A DNA stretch of 64,000 bases from an uncultured Haloferula sp. (GTDB lineage: Bacteria > Verrucomicrobiota > Verrucomicrobiia > Verrucomicrobiales > Akkermansiaceae): positions 352,001 through 416,000 of the forward strand of contig CBFGTS010000001.1 in NCBI GenBank assembly GCA_965652295.1, read 5' to 3'. Under the pieces are notes generated by a model. The model worked only from the letters and a program-made list of their open reading frames with translations, was not told where the DNA came from and did not search any database. A program made the position numbers and the translations under genes. Below are positions 35,946 to 44,955 of the stretch, one piece after another (within the stretch, counting starts at the first letter, position 1; each line of letters begins with the position of its first letter).

Positions 35946-38609
35946 TCATTCTACCCGCAGCCGCACGAATCGCTGTCCCGTCCCTGCCGGGACGTGCGCA
36001 CGAAACGTGTGCGCTTCGGTGTCCTCGGCGGTGACCTCAAGGGTCACGCCCGCGTCGCTCCAGCTCAGGAGATCATCCGACCACTCGACGGTTGCCGTCG
36101 CTTCGCTCGAAGCCTTGAGATGGTTGAAAACGAGCATCCATTCCTCATCGACGAGCGTGATCGCGAGGCCATCGCCAGCTGTCGTCGGATCGCTGCCGAG
36201 ATAGTATTCGATGAGATTGGCGAGGCCATCGCCATCGGGATCGTCGTCGCGCTGGGTGAAGCCGGTGGCGAAGGTGGCGATCCAGTTTTCGTAGCTCACT
36301 GGAGCCTGGTTCCGAATGGAGATCGTTACGGCGTCCGAGATGCGGGAGGCCCCTTCGTCGTCGGTGGCACGGATTGTCAGAATGTGCTCGCCCTCCGCGG
36401 GGGAAAAGGCGAGGGCGAAGGGAGGGCTGGGATCGATGACGACCGGCACGCCGTCATCGAGCAGCTCGATGCTGGTGATGGTGCCGGTTTCCCCGTCCGC
36501 TGTGAGGTCGGTGGCGGTGAACGCGATATCGACCTCTGTGCCGGGGCTGAAGACCGCGCCGTCCGAGGGAGAGTCGATCGACACGACGGGCGGTGGGTTG
36601 AAATCAACCTCCGTCACGCCATGGAGAGTGAGCGTGGCGCCGGTCAATGAGCCGGCGTCCAGCTCCACCTCGTCGGTGACTTTCAAGGTCCAGATTCCAT
36701 CGGCGATCTCGCCCCAGTGCCGGACGCTGGAAAAGGTCCAGGCGCTGTAGTGATTGGCGGTGTCGTCATGGGCTTCGGCGAGCCGACTCTCCGTGCCCGA
36801 GGGCGAGATGAGCGTCACGGTAAGGTCGCCGCGCGAGGTGTGGTTGGCGGTGAAGGTGAGCGTGACGTGCTCGCAGCGCAGCTCGCTGCCGGAGAAGTCG
36901 AAGGTCCGGGTGATGCCGGCGGGGTTGTCGTCCGGGATGGCGATGGAAACGCCGCCCAGATCGCGGGTTTCGGTGCTGGCCGCGGGGAGCTTGATCCAGG
37001 TTTCTGCCAGGCTGACTGCGGCGGTGGCATCCACGAGTCCGGCGCCGAACTTGTGGTTGAAATGAAAGCCCGCGGCGTTGTCGACCCAGTCGCCGTCGGC
37101 CGGCTGGATTTTGGCGGCGCTGCGGATGAGGATCTCCTGCACGTCGCGCCAGCCGAGACCCGGGTTTTTCTCCAACATCAGGGCAACCACGCCGGAAACG
37201 ACCGGGGTGGCGGATGAAGTGCCGCCGAAGTCGCTGGCGTAATCGCCGAACTCATATCCACTCGACCCGGTGCGGTCGGTGGTGGTGATGCCGAGGGCGG
37301 AGCCTGATCCATCCGAGGGCGCGGCGATGAGGATGTTGGCGCCGGGCTCGGCGTAATAGGCCTGGCGGCCGAGACTGTCGATCGCGGTGACGGCGATGGT
37401 GTGGATGTCGTTCGCATAACCATCGTAGTTCGAGTTGTCGTCGCTGCCGAGGCCGTTGCCTGCCGCCCAGGTGAAGATGGTGCCGAGGCCACCGCGCCCG
37501 TTGGCGGCTGCCGAGGCAAAAGCCGCGCGGGTCAGCGAGCCGGGGGCTTCCAAAGTATAGCCGTTGTCCTCCGGGCCCCAGGAGTTCGATTTGATATCGA
37601 TCAGATCCGGCAGGTAAGCCATGGCATCGGCTTCCATGGTGTCGGTGGTAACCGCGCCGATGAGCCGCATGCCGACCAGTGTCGCCTCCGGGGCCACGCC
37701 GGACACGCCGATGCCGTTGTTTCCGCGGGCGGCGGCGACCCCGGCGCAGGCCGTGCCGTGGTCGTCGTCGAAGTTCGCCGGGTTCGGGTTGTCATCTTCG
37801 CCGTTCCAGTCCCAGCCGTTGATGGTGTCGATGTTTCCGACCAAGTCCGGATGAGCCGTCTGCACACCATCGTCCACCACCCCGATGACCACGCCGTTGC
37901 CACGGATGCCAACTGTACCGCCGTAGTTCCATGTCGACTCGATGTTGATGTCGGTGCCTGCGGAGGAGCCGGATTGCTTGAGATGCCACTGGTCGGAGAT
38001 CAGCGGGTCGTTCGGCAGGGTGCGGTGGTGCTGTTGTTTCGCGAGTTGCACTTCGGCCGAGGCCACGCCCTGCGAATCCCTCAACCCCTCCACGGCCGCG
38101 AGTGCTGCAAAAGGATCGGCGGCAGTGAGGACGACGTGGTCCGGCGCGTAGGCCGGGCGCTCTTTTACCTTCAGCCCTGGGGGCAAGGGGAGATCCTGAT
38201 GGTACGGTGAGAGGCGGACGGTGATGTCCCGGGTGATCACATAAGTCCTGCCGGGATGTTCTTCCGGATGGCAGACGGGATGGACTTCGCCCCCGGCCTG
38301 CATTTCCGCCAATCGGCGGGGAAGGTCGGACGGAGTGGTTGCCGGAGGGTCGAGCGTGACCAAGCGGTCCGTGCCGCCGGGCAGCCGGACGACCGCCCGG
38401 TCCAGAGCGAGCTGGAAGACGGTGGGTGCGCCATCACTGCCGGTGGCGGTGAACTCCTTCTCAGGGATTGCCCGGGGTCGCTCAGGATTCGGGTGGTCCG
38501 TGATGCCTCGATGTTCCCCCTCCGCCGTCTCCTCGCGGTCCGGCTGCGTGCAGCTCACGAAGCCGATGGCGGTCAGGCAAACGGTGAACGTGAGAAATCG
38601 GGCTTTCAC
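35946..38609 (-). CDS. S8 kexin/furin-like serine protease with P-domain, Ig-like domain and DxDGDG C-terminal domain; probable lipoprotein
   Basis: Lipobox-like FVSC; triad VVDDG / HGTACAG / GTSSATP and oxyanion AAGNG; LGWRDVQ, KFGAG; P-domain EHV..H..RGDL..LISPSGT..HWGE..GIWTL; DPDGDGLANLIEY. Confidence 0.92.
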   Translation of the reverse strand: MKARFLTFTVCLTAIGFVSCTQPDREETAEGEHRGITDHPNPERPRAIPEKEFTATGSDGAPTVFQLALDRAVVRLPGGTDRLVTLDPPATTPSDLPRRLAEMQAGGEVHPVCHPEEHPGRTYVITRDITVRLSPYHQDLPLPPGLKVKERPAYAPDHVVLTAADPFAALAAVEGLRDSQGVASAEVQLAKQQHHRTLPNDPLISDQWHLKQSGSSAGTDINIESTWNYGGTVGIRGNGVVIGVVDDGVQTAHPDLVGNIDTINGWDWNGEDDNPNPANFDDDHGTACAGVAAARGNNGIGVSGVAPEATLVGMRLIGAVTTDTMEADAMAYLPDLIDIKSNSWGPEDNGYTLEAPGSLTRAAFASAAANGRGGLGTIFTWAAGNGLGSDDNSNYDGYANDIHTIAVTAIDSLGRQAYYAEPGANILIAAPSDGSGSALGITTTDRTGSSGYEFGDYASDFGGTSSATPVVSGVVALMLEKNPGLGWRDVQEILIRSAAKIQPADGDWVDNAAGFHFNHKFGAGLVDATAAVSLAETWIKLPAASTETRDLGGVSIAIPDDNPAGITRTFDFSGSELRCEHVTLTFTANHTSRGDLTVTLISPSGTESRLAEAHDDTANHYSAWTFSSVRHWGEIADGIWTLKVTDEVELDAGSLTGATLTLHGVTEVDFNPPPVVSIDSPSDGAVFSPGTEVDIAFTATDLTADGETGTITSIELLDDGVPVVIDPSPPFALAFSPAEGEHILTIRATDDEGASRISDAVTISIRNQAPVSYENWIATFATGFTQRDDDPDGDGLANLIEYYLGSDPTTAGDGLAITLVDEEWMLVFNHLKASSEATATVEWSDDLLSWSDAGVTLEVTAEDTEAHTFRAHVPAGTGQRFVRLRVE

Positions 38610-38780
38610 TATAGGAACGGCCTCCGCCGGGAGAAGATCGTAGAGGACCAGCGGGTGACCTGCAAAGCACTCAAGTCCACCGCCTGGCCCGAGCCGGATT
38701 TCGCCGTGATCGGAATCTTTGACCCGCAGTCAACGCGCTGTTGTCGTCAGGCGGTTGCAGTGCTTCGATGAGCCGTAAAA

Positions 38781-39311
38781 ATGAATCTTGTTCGAAGCCT
38801 CGTCCCATTTGGGCTCTTTTTCGTCTCCCTCATCTCCCTTTCACCTCCGCTTTCCGGGCAAGCTGGGGAGACCCCAAAGCTTCCGGATCACTCCTTGCCT
38901 GTGTTGCAGAATTGGCTGCATCAGAATAGCGAAGTCGTGGAAGTTTGTGTGTTCCGCGAAGAGTGGAAGGCTCCGACAGAGCGGTTGCCGAAGGGCATCT
39001 TGACGCGTTTTGGGACGATTACCCGTGTTCACAAAGGAGAAGTGAAAGTGGGTGAACGTGTGGCCTTTGCAAGCCTCGTCGAGTTTCCGCCTTCGGATTG
39101 GAAACGCGAAGCGAGGCTCAGACCGAGCCGCATGTCGCTGGTGGATGGAGAGATGATGATCGTGATATTCTCCCGGGCGGAGTGCGAGAATCAGGATGGC
39201 TATTGGAATGTGGGATCCGATATTTCGAGATTCTCATTTGACGATCCCTTCTATCAGGCTTTTCAGCTGGAAAAGAAGAGGGACCCGAAGCTTCGCGGGA
39301 TTCCAAATTGA
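38781..39311 (+). CDS. Hypothetical exported protein
   Basis: 176-aa ORF with a signal-like N-terminus, in somewhat lower-GC DNA. Confidence 0.65.
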   Translation: MNLVRSLVPFGLFFVSLISLSPPLSGQAGETPKLPDHSLPVLQNWLHQNSEVVEVCVFREEWKAPTERLPKGILTRFGTITRVHKGEVKVGERVAFASLVEFPPSDWKREARLRPSRMSLVDGEMMIVIFSRAECENQDGYWNVGSDISRFSFDDPFYQAFQLEKKRDPKLRGIPN

Positions 39312-39367
39312 ACGATCGAGCTTCGAGCGGAGCCGGAGGACGGGGATGTCTCACCTCCTATCCCCGG

Positions 39368-39826
39368 CTATTCCCGCTTTTTTGAATACTCCTTTGCAGC
39401 TTTCTTCATCTTCCGAAGAGAGTCGCGATTGTCGGCGGAATATTCCTTTTGGTGGGTGAATTCCAAGACTTCGCCGGTCTCCGGGTTCACCAAGGCAAGG
39501 AATGGGTAGGTCCCCACGGAGGCGAATTTCTTCGCGACCGCGTCGGGTAAGCCGGCGTAACCTTCTTTCGGTTTCACGTGGACCCAGACGGCTTTGTTCC
39601 GAAGGGATTTGACCATGGCATTCGAGGTGGACTCGCAGATCGGGCAGGTGGTGTTGATTTCGGTCAGAAAGACCGCGACCGGTAAGCCTTCGGCGACGGC
39701 TTGTTCCTGGGCTTTCGCATAGGATGCCTTCGGCAGGTAGTCACGAGGCATGTCCACTTCGCCAGCGATGGCGAGCATGGGGCCGGCAAGCATCCCGACG
39801 AGGCAGGCAGTGAGGTTTCGGATCAT
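39368..39826 (-). CDS. Exported thioredoxin-like protein (CxxC)
   Basis: Signal peptide MIRNLTAC.., AQEQAVAEGLPVAVF..TCPIC, cis-Pro-like TYPFLALVNP. Confidence 0.65.
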   Translation of the reverse strand: MIRNLTACLVGMLAGPMLAIAGEVDMPRDYLPKASYAKAQEQAVAEGLPVAVFLTEINTTCPICESTSNAMVKSLRNKAVWVHVKPKEGYAGLPDAVAKKFASVGTYPFLALVNPETGEVLEFTHQKEYSADNRDSLRKMKKAAKEYSKKRE

Positions 39827-39881
39827 GTCTGGAATGAAAGAGGGGCGAAATGCGAAGATCAAGGATGCAGAGCCGACGCTC

Positions 39882-40157
39882 TCACGGCCCCTCACGCCGC
39901 TGCATCGCGTCGAGTTCGGCAGGTCGTTGTCGCGGTGAGGCTCCGGGGTGGTCGATGTCGTCAAGGTTCTGCTCCGGGTCCGGCGAGGAAAGCGCGCGGT
40001 CTTCTTCCTCGCTCTCCACGGTTTCACGCAGGTCGTTTTCGGCCGCGTTGAGGCCGCCATCGACCAGGTCTTGCACGAGGCGGTCTTCACCGGGCTCGGG
40101 GAGCTTAGCGCTGGTGTCTTCGGACGGAACGGAAGGTTGGGGATCGAGTGGTGTCAT
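39882..40157 (-). CDS. Small acidic hypothetical protein
   Basis: 91-aa D/E-rich ORF from ATG 40157, downstream of the SDR on the same strand. Confidence 0.55.
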   Translation of the reverse strand: MTPLDPQPSVPSEDTSAKLPEPGEDRLVQDLVDGGLNAAENDLRETVESEEEDRALSSPDPEQNLDDIDHPGASPRQRPAELDAMQRREGP

Positions 40158-40222
40158 GGATTGGTTCGTTCGGGTTGTCTCCTCACCTCTTCGCACATGC
40201 CGTTCCAACGAGTGCGCGCAGC

Positions 40223-41107
40223 TCAGCCGTTGATGATCTCCCCGCCGTTGGGGTGGATCACCTGACCGGTGACGTAGTTGGCCGACGAACTCGCGAGAAA
40301 CACGTAGCACTCCGCGCATTCCCAGGGTTGTCCCGCGCGGCCGAGCGGGGTGGACGTGCCGAAGGTCTCCACCTTCTCCGGCGGGAAAGTGGAGGGAATC
40401 AAGGGTGTCCACACCGGCCCCGGCGCCACCGCGTTGACCCGGATGCCCTTGCTCGCGAGCTGGGCGGAAAGCGAGCGGGTGAAGCTCACGATCGCCCCCT
40501 TGGTCGCGGAGTAGTCGACGAGCCCCGCGCTGCCGCGGTAGGCCGTCACGGAAGTGGTGCTGATAACGCTGCCCGTAAGGGATTTCTCCAGGTGGGGCAG
40601 AGCGGCGCCGGTGAGATAGAACAGGGGAAAGACATTGGTGCGGAAGGTGTTCTCCAACTGCTCCTCGGAGATATCCAGGATCGACTCCTGCGGATGCTGT
40701 TCCGCGGCGTTGTTCACCACGATGTCGAGTCCGCCGAACTCTTCCACGGCCTTGTTGACGGCTTCGACGCAGGCCTCCTTGGAGCGCACGTCGCAGCGGT
40801 GGATCAGGCACTTGCACCCCTTCTGCTCGACCAGGCGGGCGGTATCGCGGGCGTCTTCGGCTTCATCCAGATAGACGATCATCACGTCGGCACCCTCGCG
40901 GGCGAAGGCGAGGGCGACGGCCCTGCCGATCCCGGAGTCGCCGCCCGTGATGAGGGCTTTCAAACCGGCGAGCCGGCCGGCCCCCCGGATGGTTTCGTTC
41001 TCGGAAACCGGCTTCGGATGCATCGGTTTCCGGCGGCCCGGCTGGCGGGACTGGGACTGGCGCGGGAGTTCGGCGGTGGCGCTGGTGGAGCGGGATTGAT
41101 TCGGCAT
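40223..41107 (-). CDS. SDR oxidoreductase (YhdF/YghA, general-stress type)
   Basis: TGGDSGIG, VNNAAEQ, YSATK, VNAVAPGPVWTPLIP, GRAGQP. Confidence 0.92.
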   Translation of the reverse strand: MPNQSRSTSATAELPRQSQSRQPGRRKPMHPKPVSENETIRGAGRLAGLKALITGGDSGIGRAVALAFAREGADVMIVYLDEAEDARDTARLVEQKGCKCLIHRCDVRSKEACVEAVNKAVEEFGGLDIVVNNAAEQHPQESILDISEEQLENTFRTNVFPLFYLTGAALPHLEKSLTGSVISTTSVTAYRGSAGLVDYSATKGAIVSFTRSLSAQLASKGIRVNAVAPGPVWTPLIPSTFPPEKVETFGTSTPLGRAGQPWECAECYVFLASSSANYVTGQVIHPNGGEIING

Positions 41108-41374
41108 GGCGCGCGGCTTCCGCAGACACCGCGCCAGAGCGGGAGTGATTGAAATTCAAAGTGGTTTCCCATCGAGGGCTTGGGCGGCAGATGCGATCTG
41201 CACCAAACCGGCGCAGAATGCGCGGCGAGGACGGAGGTAGGGGCCTCACAAGGCAAAGGCTGCGTCCGATCCAGATGAAGGCAAAACGCACGAACTGCCT
41301 GGGGAGCATTGCATAATCACCGGGTCGGACAGAAGTGGCAGGCCGGAGGAGGTTGATCCCCAAGGGGAAGGACG

Positions 41375-43678
41375 ATGGTGCATCCCCTGCTGCATTTCCT
41401 GAGAGTCCTCTACCGATTCATGATGCTACGATTTCTCCCATGGCGGATGCTGCTCAAGTATGCCGCCCGCCGATACGGGGTGCTGGACCCAGTCACCCTG
41501 CTCGCCCGCCTGCGCGGCTTTGCCCAGCCGTCCGAGGTGGCCGAGCCGATTGAGCTCCTGCGCGCCGGGATGGTCTTTCACGCACGCGGGCTGGTGAACG
41601 CGAAGGCGATCCAGCACAACCTCGACTGGGTGTGGCCTTACTGGGTCGAGCGTCAGTTCAACCCGGCCGATCCGTCTTTCGTGCCACGCGCGTTTTCGTT
41701 CAGTCACATCAATCTGACGCACCGCAACTGGACCGCGGTGGGCTCGCCGAATCTGCCGGTCTATCCGTTGGTCGACCCCCGCGGGCTGGTGACGCCGCTT
41801 TATGACGGGTGGTCGCTCGACTTCTGGATTCTCACCGAACGCGGACCGCGGCTGCTGCCCAGCAAGCTGGAGGATGCGCAGGTGAGCCAGAAGCTGGACC
41901 TTGATCCCACACTGTCCGTGACCACGCGGAGCACCCGCGATCGGATGAGTCTGGAGGTGACGACGAGCCTGGAGGATCGGGCTGAGGGAAATCCTGGGCT
42001 CCTCAGCGTGGCCCGGGCCGACGCTGGTGAGCGCGGCTGGCTCGCGGTGGCGATCCGTCCCTACAACCCGGAGGGCGTCCAGTTCGTGAACCGCATCACG
42101 GTCGATCCCGAACGCCGGCGTATCGAAGTGAATGACGAGGCGGTGATCCACCTCAGCCGCAGCGCCGGCGCGGTGAAGATGGCCCGCTACGAGGAAGGCG
42201 ACGTCTCGCTTCATCTGAAACGTGAGTCGTCCGCTTCAGAGGTCGATTGCGAGGTCGGGCTCGCGACGCTGGCGGCGCTGTTTCCGCTCGACGATTCCGG
42301 AGTGGCGGAAATCGAGGTCCGCACCGATCTCCAGCGCGACCTGCCTTCCAAATGCCCGAGGAGCCGGGTGGCGCTGGCGGATCAGTGGAAAGAGGCGATC
42401 GCCGGCACCGCGCGGCTTTCGATTCCGGACCCGCGCATGCGCTTTCTTTACGATGCCGCGGTGCGCACGCTGCTGATGCTTTCCGCGGGCGACTACTACC
42501 CGGGCCCATACACCTACCGGCGGTTCTGGTTTCGCGACGCGTGCCTGATGCTTCATCCTCTGCTGGCGATTGGCTGTGCCGACCGGACGGAGCGGATCCT
42601 GGCGGAGTTCCCGGTGCGGCAGACGCTCTCGGGATATTTCTCCTCGCAGGAGGGCGAGTGGGATTCGAACGGGCAGGTGCTGTGGATCGCCGCAAAATTC
42701 CTCCGGCTGAGTGGTCGGCGGCTGCCTGCGGAGTTGGACAAGGCCTTGCTCAAGGCTGTGAGGTGGCTGCGCCAGAAGCGCCTTCCGGAAACGGCGACAA
42801 ACGGCACGGCGGGCCTGCTTCCCGCCGGGTTCAGCGCCGAGCATCTGGGGCCGAACGATTACTACTACTGGGATAGTTTTTGGGCGCTCGGAGGGTTGCG
42901 GTGCATGGCCGAGGAATGGCGGCGTCAGGGAAATGAGGACGCGGCCGGCGAGGCGGCGGATCTGGCGGAGAAATACGAAGCGGCGCTGGAAAGCAGCATC
43001 TCGGGCGTCCCGATCGAGAAATCACGCGGTGGGATTCCGGCTGCTCCCGGTCGGAGGATGGATGCCGGGGCGGTGGGTTCGATGGTCGCCGACTATCCAC
43101 TCCAGCTTTATCCCCCGGCGGAGGCACGGCTGATGAAGACGCTCGATTTCCTGGTGGAGCATTCGTTTCACCGCGGCGGGTTTTTCCAAGACATGATCCA
43201 CTCCGGGATCAATGCCTACCTCACGTTGGATCTCGCGCAAACGCTGCTGCGGGCCGGCGATCCGCGGTTCGCGGCGCTGATGCGATCCGTCGCGGAGCTG
43301 GCCACGCCCACCGGTCAATGGCCGGAGGCCATCCATCCAAACACCCTCGGCGGCTGCATGGGCGATGGCCAGCACGGCTGGGCCGCGGCGGAGTGGGTGA
43401 TGATGATCCGCAACTGTTTCGTCCGCGAGGAGGCCGACCATCTGGTAATCGGCTCGGGACTGCTGCCGGAGTGGCTTGAACCGGGCGAGCCGCTGGCATT
43501 CGGCCCGACGCTTACCGCGTGGGGAGCGGTGGCGATTCGCCTCACGGGGAACCGGGTGGAGATCGACGCGCAGTGGCGGGACGAAATCCCGATGTTCCAC
43601 CTCCGCGTGCCGGGTTTCAAACCGCGGGAAGCCGCAGGCGGCGAACGGGTGATCGAACTCGAACGTGAAACCCCATGA
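41375..43678 (+). CDS. Six-hairpin (alpha/alpha)6 glycoside hydrolase-like protein
   Basis: YRRFWFRDA, GEWDSNGQVLW, YYWDSFWALGGL, WPEAIHP..GDGQHGWAAA, typical of GH15/GH63/debranching-like folds. Family not resolved. Confidence 0.72.
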   Translation: MVHPLLHFLRVLYRFMMLRFLPWRMLLKYAARRYGVLDPVTLLARLRGFAQPSEVAEPIELLRAGMVFHARGLVNAKAIQHNLDWVWPYWVERQFNPADPSFVPRAFSFSHINLTHRNWTAVGSPNLPVYPLVDPRGLVTPLYDGWSLDFWILTERGPRLLPSKLEDAQVSQKLDLDPTLSVTTRSTRDRMSLEVTTSLEDRAEGNPGLLSVARADAGERGWLAVAIRPYNPEGVQFVNRITVDPERRRIEVNDEAVIHLSRSAGAVKMARYEEGDVSLHLKRESSASEVDCEVGLATLAALFPLDDSGVAEIEVRTDLQRDLPSKCPRSRVALADQWKEAIAGTARLSIPDPRMRFLYDAAVRTLLMLSAGDYYPGPYTYRRFWFRDACLMLHPLLAIGCADRTERILAEFPVRQTLSGYFSSQEGEWDSNGQVLWIAAKFLRLSGRRLPAELDKALLKAVRWLRQKRLPETATNGTAGLLPAGFSAEHLGPNDYYYWDSFWALGGLRCMAEEWRRQGNEDAAGEAADLAEKYEAALESSISGVPIEKSRGGIPAAPGRRMDAGAVGSMVADYPLQLYPPAEARLMKTLDFLVEHSFHRGGFFQDMIHSGINAYLTLDLAQTLLRAGDPRFAALMRSVAELATPTGQWPEAIHPNTLGGCMGDGQHGWAAAEWVMMIRNCFVREEADHLVIGSGLLPEWLEPGEPLAFGPTLTAWGAVAIRLTGNRVEIDAQWRDEIPMFHLRVPGFKPREAAGGERVIELERETP

Positions 43679-44955
43679 ACCTCGCGCTTTTCACCAACAC
43701 CTACATTCCGTTTGTCGGGGGGGTGGCCCGCTCGGTCCGCACCCTGGAGCTGGAGTGTCGTCGCCGCGGCCACGAGGTCGCCATCGTCGCGCCGGAACTC
43801 GATGGTGCCGAGCCCGCCGAGCGGGTCCTGCGCGTCCCGGCGATCCAGGATTTCCATGGCAGCGGATTCTGTGTGCGCATTCCACTCCCGAATCTGGTGC
43901 GGGACTTCATGGATGAATTCTGTCCGGACTTGATCCACAGCCATCACCCGTTTCTCCTCGGCGATGCGGCGCTGCGCGAGGCGTGGAAAATGCGCGTCCC
44001 GCTGGTGTTCACGCATCACACGCTCTACGAGCAATACACCCACTACATGCCGCTCGATTCGGTGGCTTTGCAGCGTGCGGCGATCCAGCTCGATACCGAA
44101 TATTGCAACCTCTGCGACCGCGTGATCGCTCCGAGCGAAAGCATTCGCGAGTTGCTGATCGAGCGCGGAGTCGAAACCCCGGTCGAGGTCATTCCCACGG
44201 GCATCCAGGTCGAGGATTTCGCTGCCGGCGATGGTGGTCGTGCGCGGGAAAAGCACGGCATCCCGCAGGACGGGAAAGTCGTTGGCCACGTCGGACGTCT
44301 TGCCGGGGAAAAGAACCTGCCCTTCCTGGTAAACGCGGTGATCGAGGCCATCCGCGATCGCGACGACGTCGCCTTCCTGCTGGTTGGCGACGGCGAAGAA
44401 CGCGCCGCCTTGCAGGAAACGCTGGAGCGCGAGCTGGGCGCGCGCGCGTACGTGACCGGCAGTCTTTCCGGTCAGGAGCTCTTCGATGCCTACGCCGCGA
44501 TGGACGTGTTCGTGTTCGCCTCGCAGTCGGAAACGCAGGGCATGGTGCTGGCCGAGGCGATGGCCGCCGGACAGCCCGTCGTCGCGCTCGATGGGCCGGG
44601 TGTCCGCGACATCGTGATCGATGGGAAAAACGGCCGCCTGCTGGATGGCGGGGCGAGCGAGGTGGAATTCGCGGGTGCGCTCTCCGCGATGCTCGATGAT
44701 CCGGGCCTTCGCGGCGGCTGGCGCGAAGCGGCGCTCGAACGGGCTCACGAGTTCGGCACGCGGGCGTGCGTCGAGGAAATGCTGGCCTGCTATGGCCGGG
44801 CGATCGCCGACTATGAACATCGTAGATCCGAGGACCTGGGCGTGCTCCAGCGGCTCGTCGATGGTGCCGAGGCGGAGTGGGACCTGATGAGCGCCAAGCT
44901 CTCCGCCGCCATGGCAGGTGCCACCGAGTCCCTCGCGCCGGAGGAGCAGTCATGA
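43675..44955 (+). CDS. GT4 glycosyltransferase (diacylglycerol glucosyltransferase-like)
   Basis: FTNTYIPFVGGVARSV, HSHHPF, FTHHTLYEQY, VGRLAGEKN, ETQGMVLAEAMAAG. ATGA overlap. Confidence 0.9.
   Translation: MNLALFTNTYIPFVGGVARSVRTLELECRRRGHEVAIVAPELDGAEPAERVLRVPAIQDFHGSGFCVRIPLPNLVRDFMDEFCPDLIHSHHPFLLGDAALREAWKMRVPLVFTHHTLYEQYTHYMPLDSVALQRAAIQLDTEYCNLCDRVIAPSESIRELLIERGVETPVEVIPTGIQVEDFAAGDGGRAREKHGIPQDGKVVGHVGRLAGEKNLPFLVNAVIEAIRDRDDVAFLLVGDGEERAALQETLERELGARAYVTGSLSGQELFDAYAAMDVFVFASQSETQGMVLAEAMAAGQPVVALDGPGVRDIVIDGKNGRLLDGGASEVEFAGALSAMLDDPGLRGGWREAALERAHEFGTRACVEEMLACYGRAIADYEHRRSEDLGVLQRLVDGAEAEWDLMSAKLSAAMAGATESLAPEEQS

Noticed and set aside
41108..41374. Possible riboswitch or sigma-54 promoter in the divergent intergenic region
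   Set aside because: Only short hairpins; no convincing match to motifs I know and the -24/-12 spacing is wrong. An Rfam/Infernal scan would settle it.
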